Origin: Vulcanimicrobiota bacterium | GTDB lineage: Bacteria; Vulcanimicrobiota; Vulcanimicrobiia; Vulcanimicrobiales; Vulcanimicrobiaceae | Direction of reading: 5' to 3' | Assembly (NCBI GenBank): GCA_963723515.1 | Contig: CAVRQT010000003.1 | Coordinates: 640,001 to 704,000, forward strand | DNA length: 64,000 nucleotides | Part shown: piece after piece, positions 41,183 to 50,160 of the stretch | How the letters are laid out: every line of letters begins with the position of its first letter | How positions within the stretch are numbered: position 1 is the first letter of the stretch | Made by a program: the position numbers and the translations under genes | Notes under the pieces: generated by a model | What the model saw: the letters and a program-made list of their open reading frames with translations, nothing else | Databases searched by the model: none | Told to the model about the DNA's origin: nothing

Positions 41183-41945
41183 CTACATTTGCGGCGTTAA
41201 TTTCAGCATCCGAATGCTGCCGTTCGTCACGCGCACGTCGATCTTGCGGCTGCCGCCGCGGCCGATTGCGCCGACGATCGTTTCGACGTTTCCGCTTGCT
41301 GAGCCGCGCAGGTTGAAATCGGTAAAAATCGTTCCGTGATCGGTGTGCAGGTCGACGTTCGCATCGGCCGTTGCCGGCACCCAAACCTCGACGTCGCCGC
41401 GTTCGGCTGAAAAGTGCAGCGTGCCCGGCCACTGTGCGTCACCAAACAAGACGGTGACATTGCCCTCCTCAGTCGCCGCATTTGCGTAACCTGGGAATTT
41501 GAATTTTGATATCGCCGCTGCGTGCCCGCGCGTCAACGGGCCCGGCGACGTCCGTCGCGTGAATCGATCCGTTGGCGGTGAAGATCGAAAGCCGGGCTTG
41601 CTTGGGGACGCGCACGGTGTAGTCAATCGGCGGCGCTGAAGCGGCGAGGCAGCCCTCATTGAGATGCTGCACGCTGAGCGGTTCAGGGCAAATCGTCATT
41701 GCGGATCGATCGATTTTGATGCTCGTACGTGCCTGCTTCGAAGCGCTCATTTGCGTGACGGTGTATTGATTGGCCGGTTCGCCCTGTGCCGGCGCGTAGG
41801 CGTAGATCGTGCCGCGCTCATCGAGCACATTCATCACTCTTCCATTGAAGCGGCCCGTTTGCGTCATCGAAAATTGATGCCGGCTACACCCGCCCAACGC
41901 CAAAATGAACGGCAGAAGAAGAAGGGCGGTCGCGCGATTACTCAC
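41183..41945 (-). CDS. Lipoprotein with DUF4097-like beta-strand repeats (frameshift near 41493)
   Basis: Lipobox LGGC, then TVRVP..TANGSI..SGDI / GNV..GDV..HGTI..TNGSI repeats split over two frames. Confidence 0.75.
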
Positions 41946-42876
41946 CGCGGTCCCGCGGATGCGCCTCGTCGTAGGCGCGTTTCTTATGTTCGAATGAGAC
42001 GTTCGTGTAGATCTGCGTCGTTGCAAGACTCTGATGCCCGAGCAACTCCTGAATGGTTACCAGATCGACGCCGTGTTCGAGCAAGTGCGTGGCGAAGGAA
42101 TGGCGTAACGTGTGTGGGCTGGCGGCGAGTCGCAGTCCGCTGATTTTGTAAATCGTGTGAAAGATGTGCCACACATGGCGCGGCGTCAGTCGCTTGCCAC
42201 TGCGGCCTAAAAAAAGTGCCTCATCGTGGCTTTGCGGCCGGTGTGCTAGATAATCGGCGATCGCGCGGGCGGTCGTTGCATTGATGATCACGATGCGTTG
42301 TTTATTGCCTTTGCCGGTTACAAGGATCGTGCGGCGGCGCAAATCGACATCGTTGAGGTTGATGCCGGCGACTTCGGCGCGTCGGATGCCGCTGGCATAA
42401 AGTAATTCCATGATCGCATGGTCGCGCAGTCGTTGAACGTCGGAGCGTCCGGCCACCGTGGTGCGCAGCAATTTGCGGACGTCGGCTTCCGGAAGCACCT
42501 TGGGCAGTTTCTTGCCGATTTTCGGTGCTGGAATGTGGACCGCGGGGTCGTCCTCGCGATAGTTGTGGGTCTTGAGAAATTTGTAAAACGAGCGCAGCGA
42601 GGCGATCTTGCGGCGGACGGCGGTGGCTTCATACGCCCGCGGCCCGGCCAGGGTCATAATGAACTGCCGAATGTCAGACGATGTTGCCGTGCGCAATTGC
42701 GGCCACGTCTTTTCGGCCGCGCGTTTGCCGCGCTTTGGCTTTTTGTCTTTGGCAAGAAAGGCGCCGAAAAGTTCGATGTCGCGCCCGTAGGCATCACAGG
42801 TCAGCGGGCTGCGTCCGAGCTCCAAGCGCAGATGGGCGTTATGCGCGGAAATGAGGGGATCGGCGGCTAGGCGCAT
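41938..42876 (-). CDS. Xer-type tyrosine recombinase (XerC/XerD/XerA-like)
   Basis: SAM-like N-domain, LYASGIRRAE, GKGNKQR, HTLRHSFATHLL..IQELLGH..TTQIYT; true start may be the ATG at 42896 if the A-run lost one base. Confidence 0.95.
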   Translation of the reverse strand: MRLAADPLISAHNAHLRLELGRSPLTCDAYGRDIELFGAFLAKDKKPKRGKRAAEKTWPQLRTATSSDIRQFIMTLAGPRAYEATAVRRKIASLRSFYKFLKTHNYREDDPAVHIPAPKIGKKLPKVLPEADVRKLLRTTVAGRSDVQRLRDHAIMELLYASGIRRAEVAGINLNDVDLRRRTILVTGKGNKQRIVIINATTARAIADYLAHRPQSHDEALFLGRSGKRLTPRHVWHIFHTIYKISGLRLAASPHTLRHSFATHLLEHGVDLVTIQELLGHQSLATTQIYTNVSFEHKKRAYDEAHPRDRGE

Positions 42877-42900
42877 GAGGTGCTTTTTGTGCTCATTCCT

Positions 42901-42928
42901 ATATCACAGAATAACAGTTTCATGATAT
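42901..42928. other. dif-like 28-bp recombination site
   Basis: ATATCACAGAA-TAACAG-TTTCATGATAT: 11-6-11 layout with arms 8/11 inverted-identical, immediately upstream of the recombinase. Confidence 0.7.
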
Positions 42929-43125
42929 TCGCGCAAGAGGCGAAACGGACGAATGCTCTCCAAATGCAACGGAAACTCGAAAATGCTCTTCTACGCCTCA
43001 TGGAGAGCGTTCGTCCGTTTCGATCTGCGAATATCAAGAAACTGTAGAGACGAGGAGGTAAAACCATGCGCTGCGTTGTCCGAGAGCATGCGCCCGTTTC
43101 GATCTGCGAATATCATGAAACTGTA
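42914..43125. repeat. Three ~45-bp repeats containing one dif arm (one inverted, two direct)
   Basis: A 42914-42962 (inverted), B 43001-43046, C 43082-43125; consensus GAGAGCRTKCGYCCGTTTCG..GCGAATATCAWGAAACTGT. Confidence 0.85.
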
Positions 43126-43247
43126 TAAAGCAAATGGCGATGGCTGAAGGTCGATCCGACTGCGTGGCGTCGAGGCAAGCGTAGCAAGAACTGCTAGGGG
43201 ACTGAAAGAATTTTGGGCATACGAACACGCCGTCGGAGGACCGCGAT

Positions 43248-44222
43248 ATGGTGTTCTCAGCAAGCCTCCTTAGCAAACGGCGTGGGTTTGGCGTTACGCT
43301 GGCATTCATAGTTGCCTGCGCCGGGTGCGGTGGATCGAATCTGACTTCGCCGATCCTGCGCCCAAAGCCGACCCCTTTGGAACGCGCCTATGTCGTGAAC
43401 AGCGCCCCGCCGGGTTCTAGCGGGGATGTCTTTGGCTACGACCTCCCGCTGGCAGCATCAGCGCAGCCGAGCGTCGACCTTAAATTTCAGAATAACGCGT
43501 TCAACCAGAACGCCTTGCCGACCGACGATTGCGGTGACCGGCACGGTAACCTCTACGTCATTCTGCCATCAGCGCATCAATTGACCGGTGGTCCGCTCGA
43601 TGCGTACACGCCGCCGATCACGTCGTCGTCAACGCCGGCGTTTACACGGAACGACGACAACTTTGAACATTGCGCCACCGATCCAAACGGCGATCTCTTC
43701 GTAACCACGCGATCGTTCATTGTCGTTACGCTCGGCGGTCTCGACGTTTTACGGGCACCTGTATCGACGACATCACCCTTGAAGGTAATCTTTCAAATTG
43801 TGGCTGGTCCGCCGTTGTTCGAATTCGTCGGATCGGTGACGGCCGATGCCGCCGGCGACGCTTTCATCACCACCAGCATTGGAATCCAAGAATGGAATAT
43901 GAGCGGCAAGCTGCTGGCGACCTTCGGCACGACGGGACTAGGCAGCCTCGCGATTGGCCCCGACGGCAATCTTTACGTGCCGAATGGCGGAATTGACGTT
44001 TACAAGCCGGGCGGCTTTCACAACGGCGGCGTCAAGGATCACACGATCGGCCTCGGTGCGTTCAATGCATTCAACGTGGCGTTCGACGATGCGGCCAATA
44101 TGCTCGTTCTTGGAAGCACATCGGCGGGAACACCGGAACTCCGCGTTATTCCGCCGCCGTACACAGCGGTCAACTTCTTGCTGCGCGTCATGGGCGACAA
44201 CGGGCTGGCAATAACGCCGTAA
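43248..44222 (+). CDS. Secreted/lipoprotein with beta-propeller-like repeats
   Basis: Lipobox-like CAGC; repeats D..GNLYV, DPNGDLFV, GPDGNLYV, AFDDAANM. Confidence 0.75.
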   Translation: MVFSASLLSKRRGFGVTLAFIVACAGCGGSNLTSPILRPKPTPLERAYVVNSAPPGSSGDVFGYDLPLAASAQPSVDLKFQNNAFNQNALPTDDCGDRHGNLYVILPSAHQLTGGPLDAYTPPITSSSTPAFTRNDDNFEHCATDPNGDLFVTTRSFIVVTLGGLDVLRAPVSTTSPLKVIFQIVAGPPLFEFVGSVTADAAGDAFITTSIGIQEWNMSGKLLATFGTTGLGSLAIGPDGNLYVPNGGIDVYKPGGFHNGGVKDHTIGLGAFNAFNVAFDDAANMLVLGSTSAGTPELRVIPPPYTAVNFLLRVMGDNGLAITP

Positions 44223-44229
44223 CGCTGCG

Positions 44230-45102
44230 CTACGCTAGCCAATCACGGGTCAAGAGCAACCAAAACGCAAGGCCCGCGAAGCGGCCGTAGCGTTTGAAAC
44301 GCCGTTCGATCGTCTTATCTGTGCCGCGGCGTTTCCCCGAAATCGCGAGATACTTCGGGCGGGTCCATGAGTCGAAGACGAGTTTCCCATAGCGGCCCAG
44401 CAGCAACATGATATGAGCTGCGGCGTATGGGCCAACCCCGGGCAGCGCCAATAAGCGTTCTTCTGCTTCTTCATCTGTAAGGCCGTTGGCCGGACGCAAC
44501 GCCTCAAGATCGATGCTCTTTTGGGAAACCTTTTCCGCGAGCGTGCGCAGATACGCACCACGGTAGCCGGCGCGTGCGACGTTCGTGTAAAAGTCCAGCG
44601 AAGCTTGTGCCATTGCCTGAGGCGTTGGAAACGCACCCTGGCCGAGGTGCTCGACAAGCGCGCCGACCATGCGAACGGTTCCCGACCAGGCGCAATTCGT
44701 CGTGCAGATCGTCTTAACGACGTCTTCGAAGACCGTTGGGCTCGCAAGTAATCGCCCCGCGCCCTCTGATGCCCACGCCAAATCCGGATCGTCGCGAATC
44801 GCGTCGTAGAACGGTCCCAAATTCTCGTCCAAGCGAAACATTCTGCGGACGATCTCCATCACGCGTCGTTCCTGCGTCGCGCTGAGTGTCCGATCGCATG
44901 AAATAAGCAAATCGGTATGCTGCGCTTCAAATTGCAGCGTACGAATGGCGCCATTCAGCCGCAGGCGATAACGATAGCGCTGCGTATTGGATCCCTCGAC
45001 CGCCGGTGGGAGCGACGTGCAACCATGCGAGTCGATCGTGCGCGCAAAATCGATCGGTTCGCCTGAGGGACCTCGCAACGGAATAACCGCGATGCGATGC
45101 AT
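44230..45102 (-). CDS. HhH-GPD family DNA glycosylase (OGG1/AlkA-like)
   Basis: GRLL.SPTVFEDVVKTICTTN, FPTP, GYRG.YL, LLALPGVGPYAA, DSW. Confidence 0.85.
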   Translation of the reverse strand: MHRIAVIPLRGPSGEPIDFARTIDSHGCTSLPPAVEGSNTQRYRYRLRLNGAIRTLQFEAQHTDLLISCDRTLSATQERRVMEIVRRMFRLDENLGPFYDAIRDDPDLAWASEGAGRLLASPTVFEDVVKTICTTNCAWSGTVRMVGALVEHLGQGAFPTPQAMAQASLDFYTNVARAGYRGAYLRTLAEKVSQKSIDLEALRPANGLTDEEAEERLLALPGVGPYAAAHIMLLLGRYGKLVFDSWTRPKYLAISGKRRGTDKTIERRFKRYGRFAGLAFWLLLTRDWLA

Positions 45103-45128
45103 CGCAGCTTGCCGTGAATTCGCTTTAG

Positions 45129-45572
45129 CTACGAGACGTAGGAGACGTTCACGGGGAAGCCGGCTGCCTCCGCATTCTGCAAGACGCCGAAGACATGGCC
45201 CAGCTCTTCTTCTATCGCGACGATTTCGCCGGCGCTCACGCCGACAGGCGCGGCATTTTGCCATAGGATGCGGCGCGCGGTTTGCAATGCAGCGCGCAAT
45301 CGCTGCGGCGTCGCCTCCATAACCGGCCAATCTTGCATCGAAGCCGGCGGCACGATGCGCCAGCCATTTCCTGACGCGATGCCTTCATCGAAGAATGCAT
45401 GCGGAATGCTGGCCAGCATCTCGACCGCTTCACGATCGGCCGGCCGAAGGGTCAACCCCATCTCGCTGAGCCGCACGATATAGCGGAAAAATGACGCATT
45501 GCCGACGGTGTACGAACCAGCCGGCGAGGCGACATTTACGTGGATGAGGTTCGAATCGTGCTGAAAATCCAT
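45129..45572 (-). CDS. Hypothetical protein coupled to mdh
   Basis: TAATG overlap with the mdh stop; typical composition. Confidence 0.75.
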   Translation of the reverse strand: MDFQHDSNLIHVNVASPAGSYTVGNASFFRYIVRLSEMGLTLRPADREAVEMLASIPHAFFDEGIASGNGWRIVPPASMQDWPVMEATPQRLRAALQTARRILWQNAAPVGVSAGEIVAIEEELGHVFGVLQNAEAAGFPVNVSYVS

Positions 45573-46519
45573 TACGCTTTCTGTGCGATCGCTTCTTCAG
45601 GAAGTGCCTTCACCAAATCTTCTACCGCTTTCGCACTCTTCTGTAACGCGGCGTGTTCCTCCGGTGTGAGCTTGATTTCGATGATTTTCTCCAAACCGCG
45701 TGCGCCAAGCTGGCAAGGGACGCCGATGAACAGATCGCGGATCCCGTACTCGCCTTGCAGGTATGCAGCGCATGGCAGAATTTGGTGCCGGTCGTTCAAG
45801 ATCGAATCGACCATCTCGGCGATCGAGCGCGCAGGCGCATAATACGCGCTACCACTCTTGAGCAAGTTGACGATCTCACCGCCGCCTTTGGCGGTACGTT
45901 CGACGAGACGATCTATGACCGCCGTATCCAAAAGCTCGGTGATCGGGATTCCAGCGACGGTCGAGTACCGCGGCAGCGGGACCATTTGATCGCCATGGCC
46001 GCCGAGCACGAATGCATGCACGTTGTTGACGCTGACACCGAGTTCGTTGGCGACAAACGTTGAGAAACGCGCGGAATCCAAAACGCCGGCCATCCCGAGC
46101 ACTCGCTCGCGCGGAAAGCCGCTGATGCGGCGCGCGACTTCGCACATCGCATCCAACGGATTCGTCACGACGATCAAGATGCACGACGGTGAACGTTGCA
46201 CGACCTGTCGCGTTGCATCGCCGACGATCTCAGCGTTCATCCGCACGAGATCATCGCGGCTCATGCCGGGTTTGCGCGGAAAGCCCGCCGTAATGACGGC
46301 GATATCCGAGCCGCTCGTGGCTTCGTAGTCGTTCGAACCGACAACCGAAACATCGGCTTTTTCGACCGGCAACGCTTGCTGTAAATCGAGCGCCTTCCCT
46401 TGCGGTACACCTTCCACGATGTCGACCAAAACGATATCCGCGAGCCCTTTTGCGGCCAGCCAATGAGCGGTCGTCGCGCCGACGTTTCCGGCACCGACGA
46501 TCGTGACTTTCCTGCGCAT
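45572..46519 (-). CDS. mdh: Malate dehydrogenase (LDH-like)
   Basis: [40 protein letters not shown]. Confidence 0.97.
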   Translation of the reverse strand: MRRKVTIVGAGNVGATTAHWLAAKGLADIVLVDIVEGVPQGKALDLQQALPVEKADVSVVGSNDYEATSGSDIAVITAGFPRKPGMSRDDLVRMNAEIVGDATRQVVQRSPSCILIVVTNPLDAMCEVARRISGFPRERVLGMAGVLDSARFSTFVANELGVSVNNVHAFVLGGHGDQMVPLPRYSTVAGIPITELLDTAVIDRLVERTAKGGGEIVNLLKSGSAYYAPARSIAEMVDSILNDRHQILPCAAYLQGEYGIRDLFIGVPCQLGARGLEKIIEIKLTPEEHAALQKSAKAVEDLVKALPEEAIAQKA

Positions 46520-46592
46520 GCTGCTCCTTATATGAGAGGAAGAAACCGCGCGACGCTTACTGCGCCATCAGCGGGCTCTCCTTTGAACGTCG

Positions 46593-46601
46593 TGCTATCA
46601 T
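46593..46601 (+). promoter_or_regulatory. Extended -10 element (TGcTATCAT) for leaderless gltA
   Basis: Ends 6 nt before the ATG at 46608; no SD. Confidence 0.55.
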
Positions 46602-46607
46602 AGCGGC

Positions 46608-47777
46608 ATGACCGATCAAGCATCCACGATTGCGCCGCCTGCACCGAGCCAAACCGGACTGCGAGGCGCCGTCGTCGGGGATACGAGACTCTCGTCAATC
46701 AACGGTGAACGCGGCGAGCTGATCTATCGCGGAATCGATATTCGCGAGCTTGCGGTTGCTTCGACCTTTGAAGAAGTCGCCTATTTGCTGTGGTTTGGCG
46801 CGCTGCCGACAAAGGCGCATCTCGACGATTTCAGAGCGCGATTGCAGAACCACCGTACGCTGCCGGCCGAAGTCGTCTCGCTGCTGCGATGTTTGCCGCC
46901 AAAACATACGCCGATGAACATCCTGCGCACGATCGTCTCGGCGCTGGGCGTCATCGATCCACAAGGCGCCGACATGTCCCCCGATTCACAGGTTGAAAAG
47001 GCGCTCGTTCTCACTGCCGGCGTTCCGAGCATCCTCGCGGCATACCACCGCATCTCGGAGGGGCTCGAACCGATGAATGCAGATCCTGCCTTCGACACCG
47101 CCGGCAACTTCTTGCTGATGTTTACGGGCAAAGCGCCCGATGAACAAGCGGTCCGCGTGCTTGATGCGGCGCTGATTTTGCATGCGGATCACGGCATGAA
47201 CGCATCGACGTTTGCGGCGATCGTGACGGCAGCGACGCTTTCGGACATGTATTCCGCCGTCACCTCCGCGATCGGCGCGCTCAAAGGCCCCCTGCATGGC
47301 GGCGCTAATGAAGGCGTCATCATGAACCTGCTCGAGATCGGCGACATGCAAAACGTCGATCCGTGGGTCGCGCAAAAACTCGAGGCGCACGAAAAGATCA
47401 TGGGGTTCGGACACGCCGTTTATAAGGCGTACGATCCGCGCGCCGCCGAATTGAAGCGAATCGCTAAGGAAGTCGGCACCCGTGCCGGCACGACAAAGTG
47501 GATCGAGATGACCGAACGGATGGAGCAATCCGTTTGGGATCGCAAACAGCTGTATCCGAACGTCGATCTCTATTCGGCCTCTGTCTATTACACGCTGGGT
47601 ATTCCGACGCAATATTTCACGCCGGTCTTTGCGATCAGCCGTGTCGCAGGATGGTGCGCGCACATTATCGAGCAGTACGCGGACAACAAGTTGATCCGGC
47701 CACGCGCCAACTACGTTGGTCCGCGCGACGTCAAATACGTTCCCGTCGATCAGCGGAGCGAAGATATCGAACTCTGA
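46608..47777 (+). CDS. gltA: Citrate synthase (type I / methylcitrate synthase family)
   Basis: LHADHGMNASTF, LKGPLHGGANE, GFGHAVY..DPRA, YPNVD. Confidence 0.95.
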   Translation: MTDQASTIAPPAPSQTGLRGAVVGDTRLSSINGERGELIYRGIDIRELAVASTFEEVAYLLWFGALPTKAHLDDFRARLQNHRTLPAEVVSLLRCLPPKHTPMNILRTIVSALGVIDPQGADMSPDSQVEKALVLTAGVPSILAAYHRISEGLEPMNADPAFDTAGNFLLMFTGKAPDEQAVRVLDAALILHADHGMNASTFAAIVTAATLSDMYSAVTSAIGALKGPLHGGANEGVIMNLLEIGDMQNVDPWVAQKLEAHEKIMGFGHAVYKAYDPRAAELKRIAKEVGTRAGTTKWIEMTERMEQSVWDRKQLYPNVDLYSASVYYTLGIPTQYFTPVFAISRVAGWCAHIIEQYADNKLIRPRANYVGPRDVKYVPVDQRSEDIEL

Positions 47778-47778
47778 A

Positions 47779-49071
47779 ATGCTGACCGCGCCGCAGCTGC
47801 GCGGGTATAGCGATTCCGACGCACCCTCAGATGCGATCTACAATCGATGCGTGCGTTGCGGCCTATGTCTTTCGAGTTGTCCAACCTATCTTGAAACGCT
47901 CACCGAAACCTCCGGCCCCCGCGGTCGCATCAGTCTGATCAAATCCGTCGGTGAAGGGCGTTTGGATCTACTGAGTCCCGGATTCACCCATCAAATGTCG
48001 GAGTGTCTTGGCTGCCGCGCCTGTGAAGCGGTTTGCCCGTCCGGCGTTCACTACGGTCAGTTGATTGAAACGGCACGCGCGCAGATCGCACGCGCCGATC
48101 CGGGCGGATTTTGGGAAAGAGTCGCCCGCGTTCTCGCATTTCGGGTGGTCTTCACGAGCTTGCGCCGTATACGCATCGTCGCGAGAATATTGCGCCTTTA
48201 TCAACACTCCGGCTTACAGAATTTTGTGCGCCGCTCAGGCCTCTTACGCTTGCTCGGACTCGAACGAATGGAACGGCTGGCGCCGCCGATCTCGGCCTCC
48301 TTCTTCATTCCGCGCGATCAACGGTACGATGTTCCCGAGGCACGCGGGACGGTGTTCTTGCACGCGGGTTGTGTCATGCACGTCGCCTACGCGACCGTCA
48401 ATGAAGCTACGGTTCGGATGCTCCAGCGGGCGCGTTTCGCGGTGGTCGTTCCGACGGGTCAAGGCTGCTGCGGGGCGTTGAACGTGCATGCCGGCGAACG
48501 TGATTCGGGGCGCGCGCTCGCGAAACGAAACATCAGCGCGTTCGAGCGCTCCGGCGCGAATTTTTACGTCGTCAATGCTGCCGGCTGCGGCGCCGCGCTC
48601 AAAGAGTATGGCGAGTGGTTTGCCGGCGATCCGGTTTGGGAAGCGCGCGCGGCCGCTTTTAGCGCCAAAGTGCGTGACGCGCTCGAGCTGCTTGCTGATG
48701 CCGACTTGCCGGTGCCCAGCCGTCGCATTGAAGAGACGGTGACCTACCAAGAACCCTGTCATCTGGTGCACGCGCAACGGATCGCGAATGCTCCTCGCGC
48801 GCTGCTCAATGCTGTTCCCGGCCTACGGTTGGTTGAGATGACGGAGAGCAGCGTCTGCTGCGGCTCTGCCGGCCTTTACAACCTGACCCAACCCGCGATG
48901 TCCGGGCGCCTAGGCCGGCGCAAGATTGAAAACGCGCGAGCAACCGGCGCGCAAATCATCGCTACAGCCAACCCTGGATGCGCGATTCAACTGCGCGCTC
49001 TGTGCGAAGAATCTGCGCCGCAGATGCGTACAGCGCACGTGGTCGAACTGCTGGACGAAGCGTTCAATTAG
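47779..49071 (+). CDS. glcF: Fe-S oxidoreductase, GlcF family
   Basis: Two CxxCxxCxxxCP clusters and two CCG domains. Confidence 0.85.
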   Translation: MLTAPQLRGYSDSDAPSDAIYNRCVRCGLCLSSCPTYLETLTETSGPRGRISLIKSVGEGRLDLLSPGFTHQMSECLGCRACEAVCPSGVHYGQLIETARAQIARADPGGFWERVARVLAFRVVFTSLRRIRIVARILRLYQHSGLQNFVRRSGLLRLLGLERMERLAPPISASFFIPRDQRYDVPEARGTVFLHAGCVMHVAYATVNEATVRMLQRARFAVVVPTGQGCCGALNVHAGERDSGRALAKRNISAFERSGANFYVVNAAGCGAALKEYGEWFAGDPVWEARAAAFSAKVRDALELLADADLPVPSRRIEETVTYQEPCHLVHAQRIANAPRALLNAVPGLRLVEMTESSVCCGSAGLYNLTQPAMSGRLGRRKIENARATGAQIIATANPGCAIQLRALCEESAPQMRTAHVVELLDEAFN

Positions 49072-49175
49072 ATAGCGTTGCACCATGCGCAACGCTTGGC
49101 GCTACGATCGCTTTTGTCACGATGCGACAAAAAACGATCTCCGCGCCCCCGCCGAAACTATTGCGGCGGGCCCCC

Positions 49176-49550
49176 TCAGGCTTGCGCGGTGAGCGAGCCG
49201 GTGTCATCGAGCGCATCATCAACCGTTGGATAAATGCCGAAGACGCGCACGAGCCCGGTGATGTTGAAGAGACGCGAGAGCGGGCCTTCTTTCACGACGA
49301 GCCGGAGACACCCGTTGTGCTCTTGGGCTCGCCGTTGAGCGCCGATCAATGAGCCGAGACCAGTCGAGTCGATGTAGTCGACGCGCGTAAGGTCGATGAT
49401 GATCTCTTCTTTGCCGGCTTGTGTGGCGTCAAGCAACGCCGAGCGCAGCGATGGCGAGGTCGCGATGTCAAGCGTTCCGCGCAACGCGAAGACCTGTGCT
49501 AGCGGTCGCGGCTCACCTAAAACGTCGATCGAGAGCTGATCGGAAGCCAT
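49176..49550 (-). CDS. STAS domain anti-sigma factor antagonist
   Basis: GTLDIAT, IIDLTRVDYIDSTGLGSL, ITGL. Confidence 0.92.
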   Translation of the reverse strand: MASDQLSIDVLGEPRPLAQVFALRGTLDIATSPSLRSALLDATQAGKEEIIIDLTRVDYIDSTGLGSLIGAQRRAQEHNGCLRLVVKEGPLSRLFNITGLVRVFGIYPTVDDALDDTGSLTAQA

Positions 49551-49660
49551 CGGCTCGACGCTTCTGCGGGCGCTGTTGAGCGGTCCTGTTCACGGATGTG
49601 GGTATGTAGAATGACAGACTCCACGATTCGTTACTCGCGAGGAGGAAAATCAAGAAAACT

Positions 49661-50101
49661 ATGGCCAGAAAAAAATCGAGCCGGAAGAAATCTTCGGGCA
49701 AGAAATCCTCGAGCAGGCGAAAACGCAGCTCGAGCAGCCATCGTTCTAGCTCCCGGCGTAAATCAAGCGGCCGTAAGAAATCGAGCAGTCGCTAGAAATC
49801 GAGCAGCCGCAAAAAGTCGAGCGGACGCAAAAAATCATCGCGTAAGAGCTCGGGCCGCAAATCTTCCGGCGGCCGGAAGAAACGGGGCGGCCACAAGAAA
49901 TCACGTCGGAAATACGGTCCGAAGGCATCGCGCAAAGTCGAGCGGAGCATGCACGAGATGAAGCGTGGCAAACTGCGTTCCGGACGTTCCGGCAAGAAAG
50001 TGAAAAGCCGCAAACAAGCGATCGCGATCGGCCTTTCTGAAGCGCGTCGTTCAGGCGCGAAAGTACCCAAGCGCAAAGGACGCAGCCGCAAGAAGAGCTA
50101 G
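49661..50101 (+). CDS. Highly basic R/K/S-repeat protein with DUF6496-like domain; in-frame TAG at 49793-49795
   Basis: GAGGAGG SD; MARKKSSRKKSS.. repeats, then KVERSMHEMKRGKLRSG..KVKSRKQAIAIGLSEARRSGAKVP; not in the ORF track. Confidence 0.85.
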
Positions 50102-50122
50102 AACCTAACCTTCGCAAAGCGA

Positions 50123-50157
50123 CCTCCGGCGAAGCCGCGTGAAGACTGCGCCGGAGG
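50123..50157. terminator. GC-rich hairpin between convergent genes
   Basis: CCTCCGGCG ... CGCCGGAGG inverted repeat; no U-tract. Confidence 0.4.
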
Positions 50158-50160
50158 CTG

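Noticed and set aside
43001..43125. CRISPR mini-array with anti-repeat (repeat-spacer-repeat spacing is CRISPR-like)
   Set aside because: Only two direct copies, they are imperfect, there are no cas genes in the window, and the repeat is better explained as a dif arm plus flank
41938..44222. Integron (intI plus attC cassette)
   Set aside because: The recombinase lacks the IntI-specific insertion before the HxLRH box, and the hairpin lacks proper RYYYAAC/GTTRRRY ends
49793..49795. Genome-wide TAG recoding or pyrrolysine use
   Set aside because: TAG terminates many genes here (clpP, carA, mdh-linked ORF, aroB) and no pyl genes are seen
49596..50117. ORF-track calls at 49596-49961 (+), 49746-50117 (-) and 49792-50091 (-)
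   Set aside because: Alternative-frame or antisense shadows of the real basic protein starting at 49661
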